Positions 1-9,532 of a DNA stretch of 64,000 nt are shown here, one piece after another. The stretch lies in contig JAJFFF010000001.1 of the NCBI GenBank assembly GCA_021776785.1, forward strand, positions 187,129-251,128, given 5' to 3'. A program made the position numbers and the translations under genes. Every line of letters starts with the position of its first letter. The stretch's first letter is position 1. Source of the stretch: Planctomycetota bacterium. GTDB lineage: Bacteria > Planctomycetota > PLA2. The notes under the pieces are model-generated. The model worked only from the letters and a program-made list of their open reading frames with translations, was not told the DNA's origin and ran no database searches.

Positions 1-802
1 AGATGTCGTACTTCTTGAGCCCCAATGCGTTCATGCGCGAATCCGCCGGAACGCGTCGGATCACAAGACCCGCGTCCGTCGGGATCTCAAGATGATGACG
101 CAACTCCGCGCTCGGCGCCGAAACCAGAGGGCGCGCTCCACTACGAACGAGCATCGCGCCGGGATCTCCCGGCCGCACGAACTCAACAAACACCGAGCCG
201 GATTCCTTGAGGAACGGATGGCGTTTGAACAGCTCGCCGAGTGATCCCTGATCCGTCGACGACGCCGACGTTGTGCTGTTCGGGGTGCTCGTCTTCGACT
301 CCAACTTGAGTTCGTAGCGACCGCCGCCGAGGCTCCGCAACTCGTAGCGAATGCTTTTTCCTTTTTCGCGAGCCGTACCGCGAATCGTCTCCCGTGAGCC
401 ACGGTCCGGAACCAGGATCTGAATCGCCGCGCCGCCGAAGCCGGGGAGCCCGGTGAATCCGCCGAGGCCGCCTAACCTCGTGGGGGCGCCGTCGGGGTTG
501 CCCCCGAGGCCGATTTCCATGAACATGCGGTTGCCCTTGAGCAACGTGCGCAGGGATTCGCGTGCCGCGGTCCGCGTTTTCGGATCTTTGTCGTCCAACT
601 GCTGGAGCAGCGACTGCAGCTTGGTCACGAATTCCTTTTGCTGCTCTAAGGCGGCGACACCAACCCGCACCTTAGGCGACGGGTCGTCGTTCGCATCGGC
701 CTTGGCCGCGTTGCGCTCGGCTTCCGTTGCGTCGTCGGTTCCGTCGCCCTGCGCCCAAACCGGCGCGCAAAAAACGCCCAAGGTCAAAACGCTGAGCGCC
801 AT
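1..802 (-). CDS. secreted/periplasmic hypothetical protein (5' part in window; 3' end beyond window start)
   Basis: Hand translation of the minus strand from the ATG at 802..800 gives MALSVLTLGVFCAPVWAQGDGTDD..., a signal-peptide-like N-terminus, and the frame stays open toward position 1. It is not in the ORF track because no stop falls in the window. It lies directly downstream of the anti-sigma gene (stop 817-819). Confidence 0.4.
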   Translation of the reverse strand, partial: MALSVLTLGVFCAPVWAQGDGTDDATEAERNAAKADANDDPSPKVRVGVAALEQQKEFVTKLQSLLQQLDDKDPKTRTAARESLRTLLKGNRMFMEIGLGGNPDGAPTRLGGLGGFTGLPGFGGAAIQILVPDRGSRETIRGTAREKGKSIRYELRSLGGGRYELKLESKTSTPNSTTSASSTDQGSLGELFKRHPFLKESGSVFVEFVRPGDPGAMLVRSGARPLVSAPSAELRHHLEIPTDAGLVIRRVPADSRMNALGLKKYDI

Positions 803-816
803 GAGGAATCGCACCA

Positions 817-1689
817 TTAGTCCTTCTCCTGCACGACCAATTGAATGTCGTGCCGTTCGCGTAACTCCGCGAGCGTTCCTTCATCCCGCACCATGCGCGG
901 CTTGCGTTCGGTTTGATCGAATAATTCGAGACGGTAGCGCTTCGCGCTGATCTTGATCAGCCGCACGCTCTGCGCGTTCGCCGGAAGGTAGCGCGTGGAC
1001 ACCGAGCCGCGCAGGGAGTTGCGCGCAATCGATGAAATCGCGATCGACAAAATGCCCGGATCGCTGACCTCTTCGAACGCCACCTCGAGACTGACCAGCG
1101 CATGCGACAACTCGCGCGCGCGCTCGCGCATCGGCGGACGCCGCTCCGCCCAAGCGGCAAGACGCGGCCGAAGCGGACCGACGCGCTCGCGAATCCCGAC
1201 GAGTTCTGTCTGCAACTGAGCGAACGGTGCGGCCGGATCGAGATTGCTCGCTTTGGTGAGCATCGCTTCGGTCGTCTCGATGGGGTCGCGGCTGTGGGCG
1301 ATCCACTGCGTGTCGCCGCTCGGGCTCACGTCCCCGTCCCGGGTGCGGTCCGCACTTGTCTCCAACGCGGCGCGTCCGGAGCGTTGGGCCAGCCAGTAGA
1401 CCGCCCCGTGGGACAGAGCGAGCAACGCGACGGCGGCCGCGGCGATGCCTACGCGGCGCCACCGCGGCGACCGCGACGGCGCCATCGGAGGACCGGCCCG
1501 AAGATCCGCGCCGCTGAACTCGGCCCGCGCCATCGGCAGCGTCTCCGAGAGGGCTTGGAGCCGCCGCAACGCATCCAACTGGGCCGCCAGGGCGGGTTCG
1601 CTCTCAAGGCGTGTACGCAGAGCTGCCGCCTCGTCCGGCGGGAGCCGGCCGTCAAGCAGAAGGGACAGAAACCAATCGTCACGCGACAT
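817..1689 (-). CDS. membrane-anchored anti-sigma factor (N-terminal anti-sigma domain, one TM helix, periplasmic C-terminal domain)
   Basis: The in-frame ATG at 1689 (MSRDDWFLSLLLDGRLPPDEAAALRTRLESEP...) overlaps the sigma gene stop as TAATG. A hydrophobic segment RRVGIAAAAVALLALSHGAVYWLA follows. The long 448-aa ORF in the track is an upstream frame extension. Confidence 0.6.
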   Translation of the reverse strand: MSRDDWFLSLLLDGRLPPDEAAALRTRLESEPALAAQLDALRRLQALSETLPMARAEFSGADLRAGPPMAPSRSPRWRRVGIAAAAVALLALSHGAVYWLAQRSGRAALETSADRTRDGDVSPSGDTQWIAHSRDPIETTEAMLTKASNLDPAAPFAQLQTELVGIRERVGPLRPRLAAWAERRPPMRERARELSHALVSLEVAFEEVSDPGILSIAISSIARNSLRGSVSTRYLPANAQSVRLIKISAKRYRLELFDQTERKPRMVRDEGTLAELRERHDIQLVVQEKD

Positions 1690-2276
1690 TACAACCACTC
1701 TCTCATACGCTCCACGAGGCGCTTGCGCGCCCGGGCGAGCCGTGTACTGACGGTTTTTGCGGGGCAACCGCAGATTTTTGACGCTTCGTCGTAGGTGAGC
1801 CCGCGCACGGAGCAGAGCACGTAGGCGTCGCGAAACTTCTCGGGGAGGGCGGCGATCGCGTCCCGCAGCGCCGCTTCCCCCTCCGAGAGCTGGGCCTCGG
1901 CGGCCGGCTGCGGGAGGGGGTTGGGGCCAAACCGGCGCTCGGTGGCGGCCACGGTCTGGTAGCGCGTGCGCGTGCTCTCGCGGCGGTGTCGGTCGTGGCA
2001 CAGGTTGCGCGCGACCGTGCAGATCCAAGCCGCGAACGGTCGCTGCGGATCGTACGCGTCGGGCCGTCGATAGAACCGGAGAAACACCTCCTGTCCAACA
2101 TCCTCGGCCGCGTGCCGATCGCCGGTCAGAAGCCACGCGAGATTGACGATGCGATCGCGCCACCGTCCGACCAACAAGTCGAACGCGGCGCGATCACCCT
2201 CGATCGTGCGCGAGGCCAGCGATTCGTCCGTAACGGCAGAGTCCATCGTGGACCCTACGCGTGCCGGTAATGCCAT
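1689..2276 (-). CDS. ECF (sigma-70 family, group 4) RNA polymerase sigma factor
   Basis: Region-2 and region-4 signatures are present: AAEDVGQEVFLRFYRR...FAAWICTVARNL and LPEKFRDAYVLCSVRGLTYDEASKICGCPAKTVSTRLARARKRL. The stop is translationally coupled to the anti-sigma gene. Confidence 0.85.
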   Translation of the reverse strand: MALPARVGSTMDSAVTDESLASRTIEGDRAAFDLLVGRWRDRIVNLAWLLTGDRHAAEDVGQEVFLRFYRRPDAYDPQRPFAAWICTVARNLCHDRHRRESTRTRYQTVAATERRFGPNPLPQPAAEAQLSEGEAALRDAIAALPEKFRDAYVLCSVRGLTYDEASKICGCPAKTVSTRLARARKRLVERMREWL

Positions 2277-2297
2277 GCTCCCGCTAACTCTCCGACA

Positions 2298-3188
2298 CTA
2301 CTTGTCGAGTCGGTTCAAAATTTCGTCGAGTTTGCGTTCGACGCGCGCGTTCGCATCGCCGGGCATCGTTGTGTGAGCGGCCATCATCTCTTCGAGAATC
2401 GAGAGGCGGTGCTCGTGATACGCCATCCGCTTTTTGTTGCGCTGGACTTGCGCCTGCTTAAGCGCGTGCCGCTCGCGCTCCGCCCACCCGGCGAGCGTCT
2501 TGGGTGCACGCACCTGAATGCGGCGCGCTGTGCCTTTGTTCAGCTGGTTGCGACGGGCCATCGCCCGGCGCCGCAACTCCGCGATCTCGCGTTCGAGCTT
2601 GTCCACGCGGCTGTGCGTCTTGTTGGCACGCTCGTGCATCGACTTACGCCGCGCCTCTTCTTCGCGTCGGCGCACATGCGCGCGCTCCATTTCGCGTTTG
2701 CGCTCCATGTCTTTTTTGCGCGCACCATCGGGGCGCGGAACATCGGGGCGATCGGGGCGCGCGACCAGACGTGCGCCGAGGCGCAACCGACCGACCATGG
2801 ACCCGTCACCGCGTCGCAGCGCGTAGGCCACCATCGCGCCGGCCTTGTGCTTTTGAATGGCTTTGACCAAGTCATCCGCCGTCTTCAGCTCCACATCCCC
2901 AAAGTGGGTGAGGACATCGCCGGCGCGGAAGCCGGCTTTGGCCGCCGCCGTGTTGGCGTGGACTTGCGCAAGGACAACGCCCTGCGTGACGCTCGCATCG
3001 ATGTCTTTAAACATCGCGCGGGTTTGCGCGTCCAGCGGCGCGACGCTCACGCCTAGGTACGGCGAGGCAGCCGCCGTGACCACCGCCTTGTCGGCGGCGA
3101 CGTCCTCAAACGACTGCGCCGGTGCAGCGGTTGTCAACACGAGGATGGCCAACCAATGAATAGGGCGGAAAGGAATGGTCGTAGGCAT
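2298..3188 (-). CDS. secreted PDZ-domain protein with basic coiled-coil C-terminal region
   Basis: N-terminal signal peptide MPTTIPFRPIHWLAILVLTTAAPAQS. PDZ-like core GVVLAQVHANTAAAKAGFRAGDVLTHFGDVEL. It sits immediately upstream of the sigma/anti-sigma pair on the same strand. Confidence 0.65.
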   Translation of the reverse strand: MPTTIPFRPIHWLAILVLTTAAPAQSFEDVAADKAVVTAAASPYLGVSVAPLDAQTRAMFKDIDASVTQGVVLAQVHANTAAAKAGFRAGDVLTHFGDVELKTADDLVKAIQKHKAGAMVAYALRRGDGSMVGRLRLGARLVARPDRPDVPRPDGARKKDMERKREMERAHVRRREEEARRKSMHERANKTHSRVDKLEREIAELRRRAMARRNQLNKGTARRIQVRAPKTLAGWAERERHALKQAQVQRNKKRMAYHEHRLSILEEMMAAHTTMPGDANARVERKLDEILNRLDK

Positions 3189-3332
3189 GATCGTCTCCGG
3201 TCGTTCGCCGACGGGAACTCCGTCCGCGGCGGCTACACTCGAGTTCTCGGGCTCTTCTTCACTACGAAATGTAGTCAGGAGAGCGCGACACCGCCTCCAA
3301 AATTCTCTGGCCGCGCGCTACACTCCGGCTTC

Positions 3333-5015
3333 GTGACGATTTCACTAAGGGTAAAACGGGGCGACGAACCGGCTCGGCAGGTCGATTTCGACCAGGTCAA
3401 GGTCATGGTGGGGTCGAACCCGCGCTGTGACCTCACGATCGAGGATCCGGGCGTCGATCCCGAGCAGTGCCTGGTCATTGCGCGCGGCGAGAGTGTCGAG
3501 ATCATCGACATCGGGGCGACCGGCGGCGTTTTGCTGAACGGAAAGCCGGTCCGCCACGCCGTCTTGGACGGCGGCGACGAAGTGTGGGTCGGGGGCACGG
3601 TGTTTTCTGTCGTCGGGAGCGACGAGGAGGCCGTGTCGTTTACGGAGTCGGTGTCCACGGTGCGCGCCGAGCTCGACACGAAACAGGAAGGAGCCGGCGC
3701 GGCGACCAAGCCGCGTCCTCAGCGTTCCGTGGGCGAGCCCGTGCTGCGCACACGCAAACCGGCGAAGGCAGCGGACACGCAGGGTCAGGTGTTTGCCCTC
3801 CTGCATCAGGTGCAGCGGCTGATCCAGTCGATCGGCACCAACGAGAACATTTTCGAGGCGATCCTCGACACCGTGTTTGCGACCGTGCCGGTGCGGCGTG
3901 CGTTTATCGGGTTGCTACGTCCCGCCGGCGATCTTTCGATCAAGGCGCACCGCAGCCGCGAAGTGGGACATACGGCCGGCGAACGCATCGAAGTCAGTCG
4001 CACGTTGGTCGGGCGCGTCATCGAGTCCGGTCGTGCGGTGCTCACATCGGACGCGGAAGCGGACGGCGACTTCAGTGCTGTGCAATCGATTCAACGGTTG
4101 CGCATCAAAGCGGCGCTCTGTGTCCCGCTCGTGATCGAGGACAAAGTCATCGGCATCCTGTACGGCGACAACCGCGAAAAGCCGGGCAGTCTGACGCGCG
4201 ACCATCTTTCGATTGTTTCCGCGTTGAGCAGCGTGGCGGCGGTGGCCGTGGAGCAGTTCCGACTGCTTGACGAATACAACGCGAAGGTCAAGATCGACCA
4301 AGCGCTCGCCATTGCGCAGTCCATTCAACGGAACTTCTTGCCGGATCGACCGCCGGCGATCGCGGGCCTCGACGTCTGGGGTCAAAGCGACAGTTGCGAC
4401 GAGACGGGCGGCGACTACTTCGACTACTTCACGCTCAAAGACGGCGCCTTGCGCGTTGTGATCGCGGATGTGACCGGCCACGGGGTCGGCCCGGCGCTGC
4501 TCATGGCGTCGGCGCGTTCGGCGTTGCGCGTGCTCGTCGATGCCGAACCGGATCTCGAGAAACTCGCCGACCGGCTCAACAACTTGATCGCGTCCGACGT
4601 CAACGACGGTCGCTTCATCACGTTGTTTATCGGCGACATGACGCCGACATCGTTTCGCCCGTTGGGCGCGGGCCACACGCCGCCGATTTGGTTTCGCGCC
4701 ACATCTCGAACCTTCCATCACGTGGCGAGTCTCGGTCCGCCGCTCGGCATCTTGCCCGGCATTCACTATCGGTGCGGTACCACGCTGCCGGTCGTCTCGG
4801 GCGATGTGATCTGCTTTTCAACCGACGGCATCATGGAGGCCATGAACGGCGCCCGGGAGCTGTTCGGAATCGAGCGGATCGAGCAGGTGATCGCGCGCCA
4901 CGCGGGTGAAAGTGCGGCCACGATCGGCGAGGCGATCCTCAGCGCCGTCGATGATTATGTGCAGGGAACGCCGCTTCACGACGACGCCACGCTGGTGATC
5001 GTGAAGATTCTATAG
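3333..5015 (+). CDS. FHA-GAF-PP2C (SpoIIE/RsbU-type) serine phosphatase
   Basis: FHA fold: VTISLRVKRGDE...VMVGSNPRCDLTIEDPGVDPEQCLVIARG...LLNGKPV. A GAF-like middle region follows. PP2C/SpoIIE motifs: GGDYFDYF...ADVTGHGVGPALLMA...FSTDGIMEA. The track ORF starts at 3156, but the real start is more likely GTG 3333 or ATG 3405, after the convergent PDZ gene. Confidence 0.75.
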   Translation: MTISLRVKRGDEPARQVDFDQVKVMVGSNPRCDLTIEDPGVDPEQCLVIARGESVEIIDIGATGGVLLNGKPVRHAVLDGGDEVWVGGTVFSVVGSDEEAVSFTESVSTVRAELDTKQEGAGAATKPRPQRSVGEPVLRTRKPAKAADTQGQVFALLHQVQRLIQSIGTNENIFEAILDTVFATVPVRRAFIGLLRPAGDLSIKAHRSREVGHTAGERIEVSRTLVGRVIESGRAVLTSDAEADGDFSAVQSIQRLRIKAALCVPLVIEDKVIGILYGDNREKPGSLTRDHLSIVSALSSVAAVAVEQFRLLDEYNAKVKIDQALAIAQSIQRNFLPDRPPAIAGLDVWGQSDSCDETGGDYFDYFTLKDGALRVVIADVTGHGVGPALLMASARSALRVLVDAEPDLEKLADRLNNLIASDVNDGRFITLFIGDMTPTSFRPLGAGHTPPIWFRATSRTFHHVASLGPPLGILPGIHYRCGTTLPVVSGDVICFSTDGIMEAMNGARELFGIERIEQVIARHAGESAATIGEAILSAVDDYVQGTPLHDDATLVIVKIL

Positions 5016-5065
5016 CCAGGCCCCGGGACGACGCTCTGGGCAACCGTTAAGATGGGCGGTTCGCC

Positions 5066-7165
5066 ATGGCACAAAACCAGACTTCCCGCGGTGGATCGAC
5101 CCGCCGCCGAGCCAAGACCGTGACACCCTCTGAGAAGCGCAACCAAGCCTCGCCGTCGCATCCCGTCGCGCACTACCCCGGCCACGCGGAGGTCTATCGC
5201 TTGATGACCTTGACGCGCCTGATCGACGACGAAGCGCCGAACTTTTTGCGCAAGGCGTTGGGCTGGTCGTACCACGCCCCGTGTGCCGGCCACGAAGCGA
5301 TTCAGCTGGCGTTGGGTTGCAGTTTTCGCGCGAGCCACGACTACCTGTTTCCGTACTACCGTGACTTGGCGACGTGCCTTGCCGCGGGCATGACGCCGAC
5401 CGAGATCATCTGGAACGGATTGTCGAAAGCGAACGATGTTGCCGGCGGCGGTCGGCACATGTCGAACCACTTCGCCAAGCCGTCGATTCACGTCCAGAAC
5501 GTGTCGAGTTGTGTCTCCAACCACAGCCAGCACGCGGCTGGGTTGGCGCGCGCGGTCAAGCACTACGGTTCCGATGCGGTTGTGTTCGCCAGCTTCGGCG
5601 AGTCGTCGGCGTCCGAAGGCTATGTATTCGAAGCGATCAACGGTGCCAGCCGCGAGCAGCTGCCGGTTGTGTTTGTCATGCAGGACAACGGCTACGGCAT
5701 CGGCGTGCCGAAACGCGAGCAGAGCGCGAATGCGCGCATCGCGGAGAACTTCAGCGGGATTGCGAATCTAAAGATCGAATACTGCGACGGCCGTGACGTC
5801 GCCGATTGCTTCCGTGCGATGGCGGAGGCCATTGCGTTCGCGCAGTCTGGCGAGGGTTGCGCGATTGTGTACGCCGATTGCGTCCGCATCGGTTCGCATT
5901 CCAACTCTGACGATCACAAGCAGTACCGCAGTCAAGAGGAACTCGATGCCGCGCGCGAGCGCGACCCGCTGCCGATCTTTCGCGAGACATTGCTCAACGA
6001 AGGGCACATGTCGAAGGACGAGCTCGCCGCCGTCGAGGCGCAAGTGAAAGCAGAGTTCGACCAGGCCGTCATCGACGGGATGGCGGCGGAGCCGGCGGAC
6101 CCGACCACCGTGCTCGAACATCTTTTGCCGCCCGCGTTCGACGCGGTGGAAGAGGCGAGCGACGAAGGACCGACGTGCACGATGCGCGAGGGCATCAACC
6201 GCGCGATGAAGGGTGAGTTTCGCGCCAACCCGGACACGTTTATGTGGGGCCAGGACATGGCCAGCGGGACCAAAGAAGGCATCTTCAAGGTCAGCGACGG
6301 GATGCAGGCGGAGTTCGGGGAGGCGCGTGTGTTCAACGCGCCGATCGCGGAAAACTACATCGTCGGAACGGCGAACGGTTTCTCGCGTTTCGATCCCAAG
6401 ATTCGCGTCGTGATCGAGGGGGCGGAGTTTGCGGACTACATCTGGCCCGCGTTCGATCAGGTAATCGAGCTCAGCCATGAGTACTGGCGGACCAACGGGC
6501 AGTTTTCGCCCAATGTCGTGGTGCGCCTCGCGTCCGGCGGCAACATCGGCGGCGGCCTCTACCACAGTCAAAACATCGAAGGCATTTTGGCGAACATTCC
6601 CGGCATCCGTGTTGTGCAGCCGGCATTCGCCGACGACGCGGCGGGACTGTTTCGCACAGCGATTCGCAGCCAGGGCGTCACGTTCTTTTTGGAGCCGAAG
6701 TTCCTTTACAACCAGCCGCGCACGCGGACCAACGTTCCGGATGACTTCGTCGTTCCGTTCGGAAGTGCGCGTTTGCGGCGCGAAGGCACCGATCTCTCGA
6801 TCGTGAGTTACGGGACGGGCGTGCATCACGCGATCGCCGCTGCGAACAAAGCCGAGGAGGAAGACGGCCTGTCCGTGGAAGTTCTCGATCTTCGTTCCAT
6901 CAACCCGCTCGACATGGACTCGATCGTCAAGACCGTGAACAAGACCAACCGTGTTCTCGTCGCCCACGAGGACAAATTGTTCGGCGGCTTCGGCGGCGAG
7001 GTCGCAAGCCAGATCGTGGACCGGTGTTTCGACCAACTCGATGCGCCGGTGGCCCGCGTCGGACAGGACTACATTCCGACACCGTTCGCCCGAAACCTGG
7101 AAGCGGCGATGCAGTTGAATGCGGACCGCGTCCTGAAAGCGATCCGCGACCTCGCCTCCTACTAG
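5066..7165 (+). CDS. 2-oxoacid dehydrogenase E1 component with fused alpha and beta subunits (TPP-dependent; pyruvate/acetoin/branched-chain type)
   Basis: The alpha part shows the TPP-binding pattern (YRDLATCLAAG, GESSASEGYVFEAINGAS, VVFVMQDNGYGIG). The beta part shows transketolase-like pyrimidine-binding and C-terminal domains (VFNAPIAENYIVGTANG, GGNIGGGLYHSQNIEG, GTDLSIVSYGTG). No E2 or E3 gene is adjacent. Confidence 0.85.
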   Translation: MAQNQTSRGGSTRRRAKTVTPSEKRNQASPSHPVAHYPGHAEVYRLMTLTRLIDDEAPNFLRKALGWSYHAPCAGHEAIQLALGCSFRASHDYLFPYYRDLATCLAAGMTPTEIIWNGLSKANDVAGGGRHMSNHFAKPSIHVQNVSSCVSNHSQHAAGLARAVKHYGSDAVVFASFGESSASEGYVFEAINGASREQLPVVFVMQDNGYGIGVPKREQSANARIAENFSGIANLKIEYCDGRDVADCFRAMAEAIAFAQSGEGCAIVYADCVRIGSHSNSDDHKQYRSQEELDAARERDPLPIFRETLLNEGHMSKDELAAVEAQVKAEFDQAVIDGMAAEPADPTTVLEHLLPPAFDAVEEASDEGPTCTMREGINRAMKGEFRANPDTFMWGQDMASGTKEGIFKVSDGMQAEFGEARVFNAPIAENYIVGTANGFSRFDPKIRVVIEGAEFADYIWPAFDQVIELSHEYWRTNGQFSPNVVVRLASGGNIGGGLYHSQNIEGILANIPGIRVVQPAFADDAAGLFRTAIRSQGVTFFLEPKFLYNQPRTRTNVPDDFVVPFGSARLRREGTDLSIVSYGTGVHHAIAAANKAEEEDGLSVEVLDLRSINPLDMDSIVKTVNKTNRVLVAHEDKLFGGFGGEVASQIVDRCFDQLDAPVARVGQDYIPTPFARNLEAAMQLNADRVLKAIRDLASY

Positions 7166-7222
7166 TTTTTGAGCCACAAACGGCGAAGCACGCACACCGG
7201 CCCTGTGCTAGGTTGATTCGTA

Positions 7223-7860
7223 TGGCCAAGCAGCCGAAGCTCGATGCGCTTGTGTTGTGTCAATCGATCGGCACCGACGAGCACCGAACGCGTTGGGATC
7301 TTCAGGGCGTGATTCGCGGTCGACTCGAAAGCACCGAGTTCCCGCTGCGCCTCCCCAGCCTCGGCGTCTACCTCGCGCTCACGGGCATGCACGGCGAGTA
7401 TGAGTTTGCGCTCGAGATCGTGGAACTCGCGACCGACCGGGTGATCACCGGCACGCGCATGAACGACGCCGTGCGAATCGACGATCCGCTCACGGCTTTC
7501 ACCGAGTGCATTCCGCTGCCGGCCGTCGTGCTCGAAAATCGCGGTCGCTACGCGTGCCGCCTGCTGGTGAATGGGGCTCTTTTTCACGAATCGACTTTCG
7601 ACGTGGATTGGCCCAAACCCGCCCAAGCGCAGGGGAGCATGAGTCCGACCAGTTTCGCCCGCGTGATCGAGCGCTTGAAGGCGAAGGAACCGGGTCTTTT
7701 AGACGCGAAGCTCGCCGAGATCTGTGGCGTCGATCCACAAGTCATCGAGGCGATGCAGAGGTCGTTTGAAGGGCTTGACCCTCAACTCGGCCAGGAGGTG
7801 CTCAGCCGGCTGTGCCACCACTACCGCCTGCGGCCGGAAGAGTTCTTCGAGGCCCACTAA
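7223..7860 (+). CDS. hypothetical protein (~212 aa), function unknown
   Basis: The ORF-track frame has an internal ATG at 7223 (MAKQPKLDALVLCQSIG...) after the E1 stop. I recognise no family. A T-rich hairpin follows it. Confidence 0.45.
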
Positions 7861-7972
7861 ACGCGTCGGCTGGCGTGGCGTTCGTTTCAGCATGGAGCGC
7901 GCGGGAGCCTCGCTCGCACGAACAAATTAGCGCGACGCGACACAGTAAAACTGGTCGCGCCGCGAAAAGCAG

Positions 7973-8012
7973 CCGGGGAGGCCGGTCCCCAGCCTTTGTT
8001 TGTTCGTTGTTT
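7973..8012 (+). terminator. candidate intrinsic terminator
   Basis: A short GC hairpin (GGGGA GGCCGG TCCCC) is followed by a T-rich run (cctttgtttgttcgttgtttgtgttgtg) between convergent genes. Confidence 0.35.
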
Positions 8013-8035
8013 GTGTTGTGGGTGCGGCTGCGCCG

Positions 8036-8260
8036 CTACTTGGAACTCGTCTTGCGCTTTTTGCGCGCGGGCGGCTTCGGCGGGGGCGGGCATTCGCACC
8101 ACCCCTCCAAATGACCGCAGTCGAGGCAGGTTTCGTAACGCTCGTGGTCGCAAACGACACAGCGAAACACGCCTTCTTCATCCTTGTAAGCCGTCGCGCC
8201 GCACTCTTCGCAGCGCCGCTTGGGCAAGGTCATAAGGCGTCGGTAGTTGATTTCATCCAT
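8036..8260 (-). CDS. small double Zn-ribbon protein with Lys-rich C-terminal tail
   Basis: Four Cys pairs (CEEC, CVVC, CLDC, CEC) in 74 aa, with a KKRKTSSK tail. A perfect TATAAT -10 box lies ~50 bp upstream on the same strand. Confidence 0.55.
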   Translation of the reverse strand: MDEINYRRLMTLPKRRCEECGATAYKDEEGVFRCVVCDHERYETCLDCGHLEGWCECPPPPKPPARKKRKTSSK

Positions 8261-8316
8261 AGATTGCCACTGGCAGCTTGGCTGCCTCCGGATGGAGGAT
8301 CCATCCGCAATCCATC

Positions 8317-8322
8317 ATTATA
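8317..8322 (-). promoter_or_regulatory. candidate -10 box (TATAAT) for the Zn-ribbon gene
   Basis: attata on the plus strand equals TATAAT on the minus strand, ~50 nt upstream of the ATG at 8260. There is no convincing -35 element. Confidence 0.3.
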
Positions 8323-8341
8323 CCACGACGTTGATTGTGAC

Positions 8342-9250
8342 TTAATCGCTTATGGCTAAACGGGTTACGTCCTTGGCCTTGGCGGCCTGGCGGGCCGCCG
8401 CCTTGTCGCCGGCCCGCTGATAGGCCGCGCTGAGGCCGCCATAGTGACGGATCGGGTCCAATCCGGTGTTCCAACACAGCTTGGCGCGGCACACGGGGCA
8501 TAAGACGGCGGGGCGTCGGTCGGACTCGCCGAGCGTGCGGACGCCGTTCATCAGGCATTTGTAGAAGATGCAGTGCGCCATCGAGAGCATGTGGCCCGAT
8601 TCATGGAGCGCGAGCGTCAGGACGCGGCGCAGATAGCGGGGGTCTTTGGCGCTACCCAGCCGTGATGTGCTCATGACGCCGACGCGAAGCCGAAAATGCG
8701 CCCAGCCAAAGGTCGGCCCGTGCTTGGTCAGGTGCAGATCGCGATCCGTCACGCCCAACACAAACACGCCGTCTTGCGGGAGTGCGGTGCGCAGCGCGGG
8801 CACCAGCTGCAAGATGTCGAAGCGGCGGCCCCCCGGGCGATACGCACGTTTCGGCATCGCCTGCGGCTTTAAGACCTTCACGTCCAAGCCGTAAAACGCG
8901 CGCATGACTTGGGCGAGTTTGGAAAGCAGCTTCTTATCCGACGGCGGCTGCGTGAGGAGGGGCAGCACGTAGATCTTTTTTCGGACGCGATCGGGACGCG
9001 TGGGTCCCACTTCGCGGTACTCGCGAAACGTCTGGCCGTCCTCGGGAAACACGTCCAACCACTCGCCGACCTTCGGCGCGGGGAGCGTTTGCCAGAAGTG
9101 GCCCGGTGCGGGGACGTCGGGTCGCTTTTCGGCGGCCCAGAGCGCCCAAGGCCAGGCCAGCGGCAACACGAGGAGGGCCAGGACGGTCCCCACGACCGCG
9201 CGGGGCCGCCAACGGCCCGTCCGGGGCGACGTTTTGGTGTTCCGATGCAC
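8342..9250 (-). CDS. archaemetzincin-like zinc metalloprotease (peptidase M54 family)
   Basis: HESGHMLSMAHC...C...C then CPVC matches the archaemetzincin HExxHxxGxxHC plus Cys4 signature. There is an N-terminal TM/signal segment. Confidence 0.7.
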   Translation of the reverse strand: MHRNTKTSPRTGRWRPRAVVGTVLALLVLPLAWPWALWAAEKRPDVPAPGHFWQTLPAPKVGEWLDVFPEDGQTFREYREVGPTRPDRVRKKIYVLPLLTQPPSDKKLLSKLAQVMRAFYGLDVKVLKPQAMPKRAYRPGGRRFDILQLVPALRTALPQDGVFVLGVTDRDLHLTKHGPTFGWAHFRLRVGVMSTSRLGSAKDPRYLRRVLTLALHESGHMLSMAHCIFYKCLMNGVRTLGESDRRPAVLCPVCRAKLCWNTGLDPIRHYGGLSAAYQRAGDKAAARQAAKAKDVTRLAISD

Positions 9251-9532
9251 ATGCGCGTTCTAGCACACGTCGCCGCTACCGTCTTTGCAATCCAGCAGCC
9301 CATTGAAAAAGTCACATGGGCTACGAGCGGGCCTCGAAGCCGATCTCTGCGTCTCGAATCCTCGCTGTAGCGTTGCTACAGCTGCGGTTCGCTCCTTGAT
9401 CTCGACTCCGATTCCTCGCTCTCGCGACTCCAAGCACTTCTTCAACGGCCCGCTAGACGTCCGTCGAAAAGTCGGCGCCGGGGACCAGCGACGCCCGGGG
9501 GCACTTGTTCGACCGGCTGTTAGGTTGAGCGC

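Noticed and set aside
817-2163. 448-aa ORF 817..2163 (-) and numerous overlapping ORFs (881..1462, 1102..1794, 1703..2101, etc.)
   Set aside because: Only the segment from ATG 1689 (anti-sigma) is supported by domain logic and translational coupling to the sigma gene. The rest are out-of-frame shadows typical of ~70% GC DNA.
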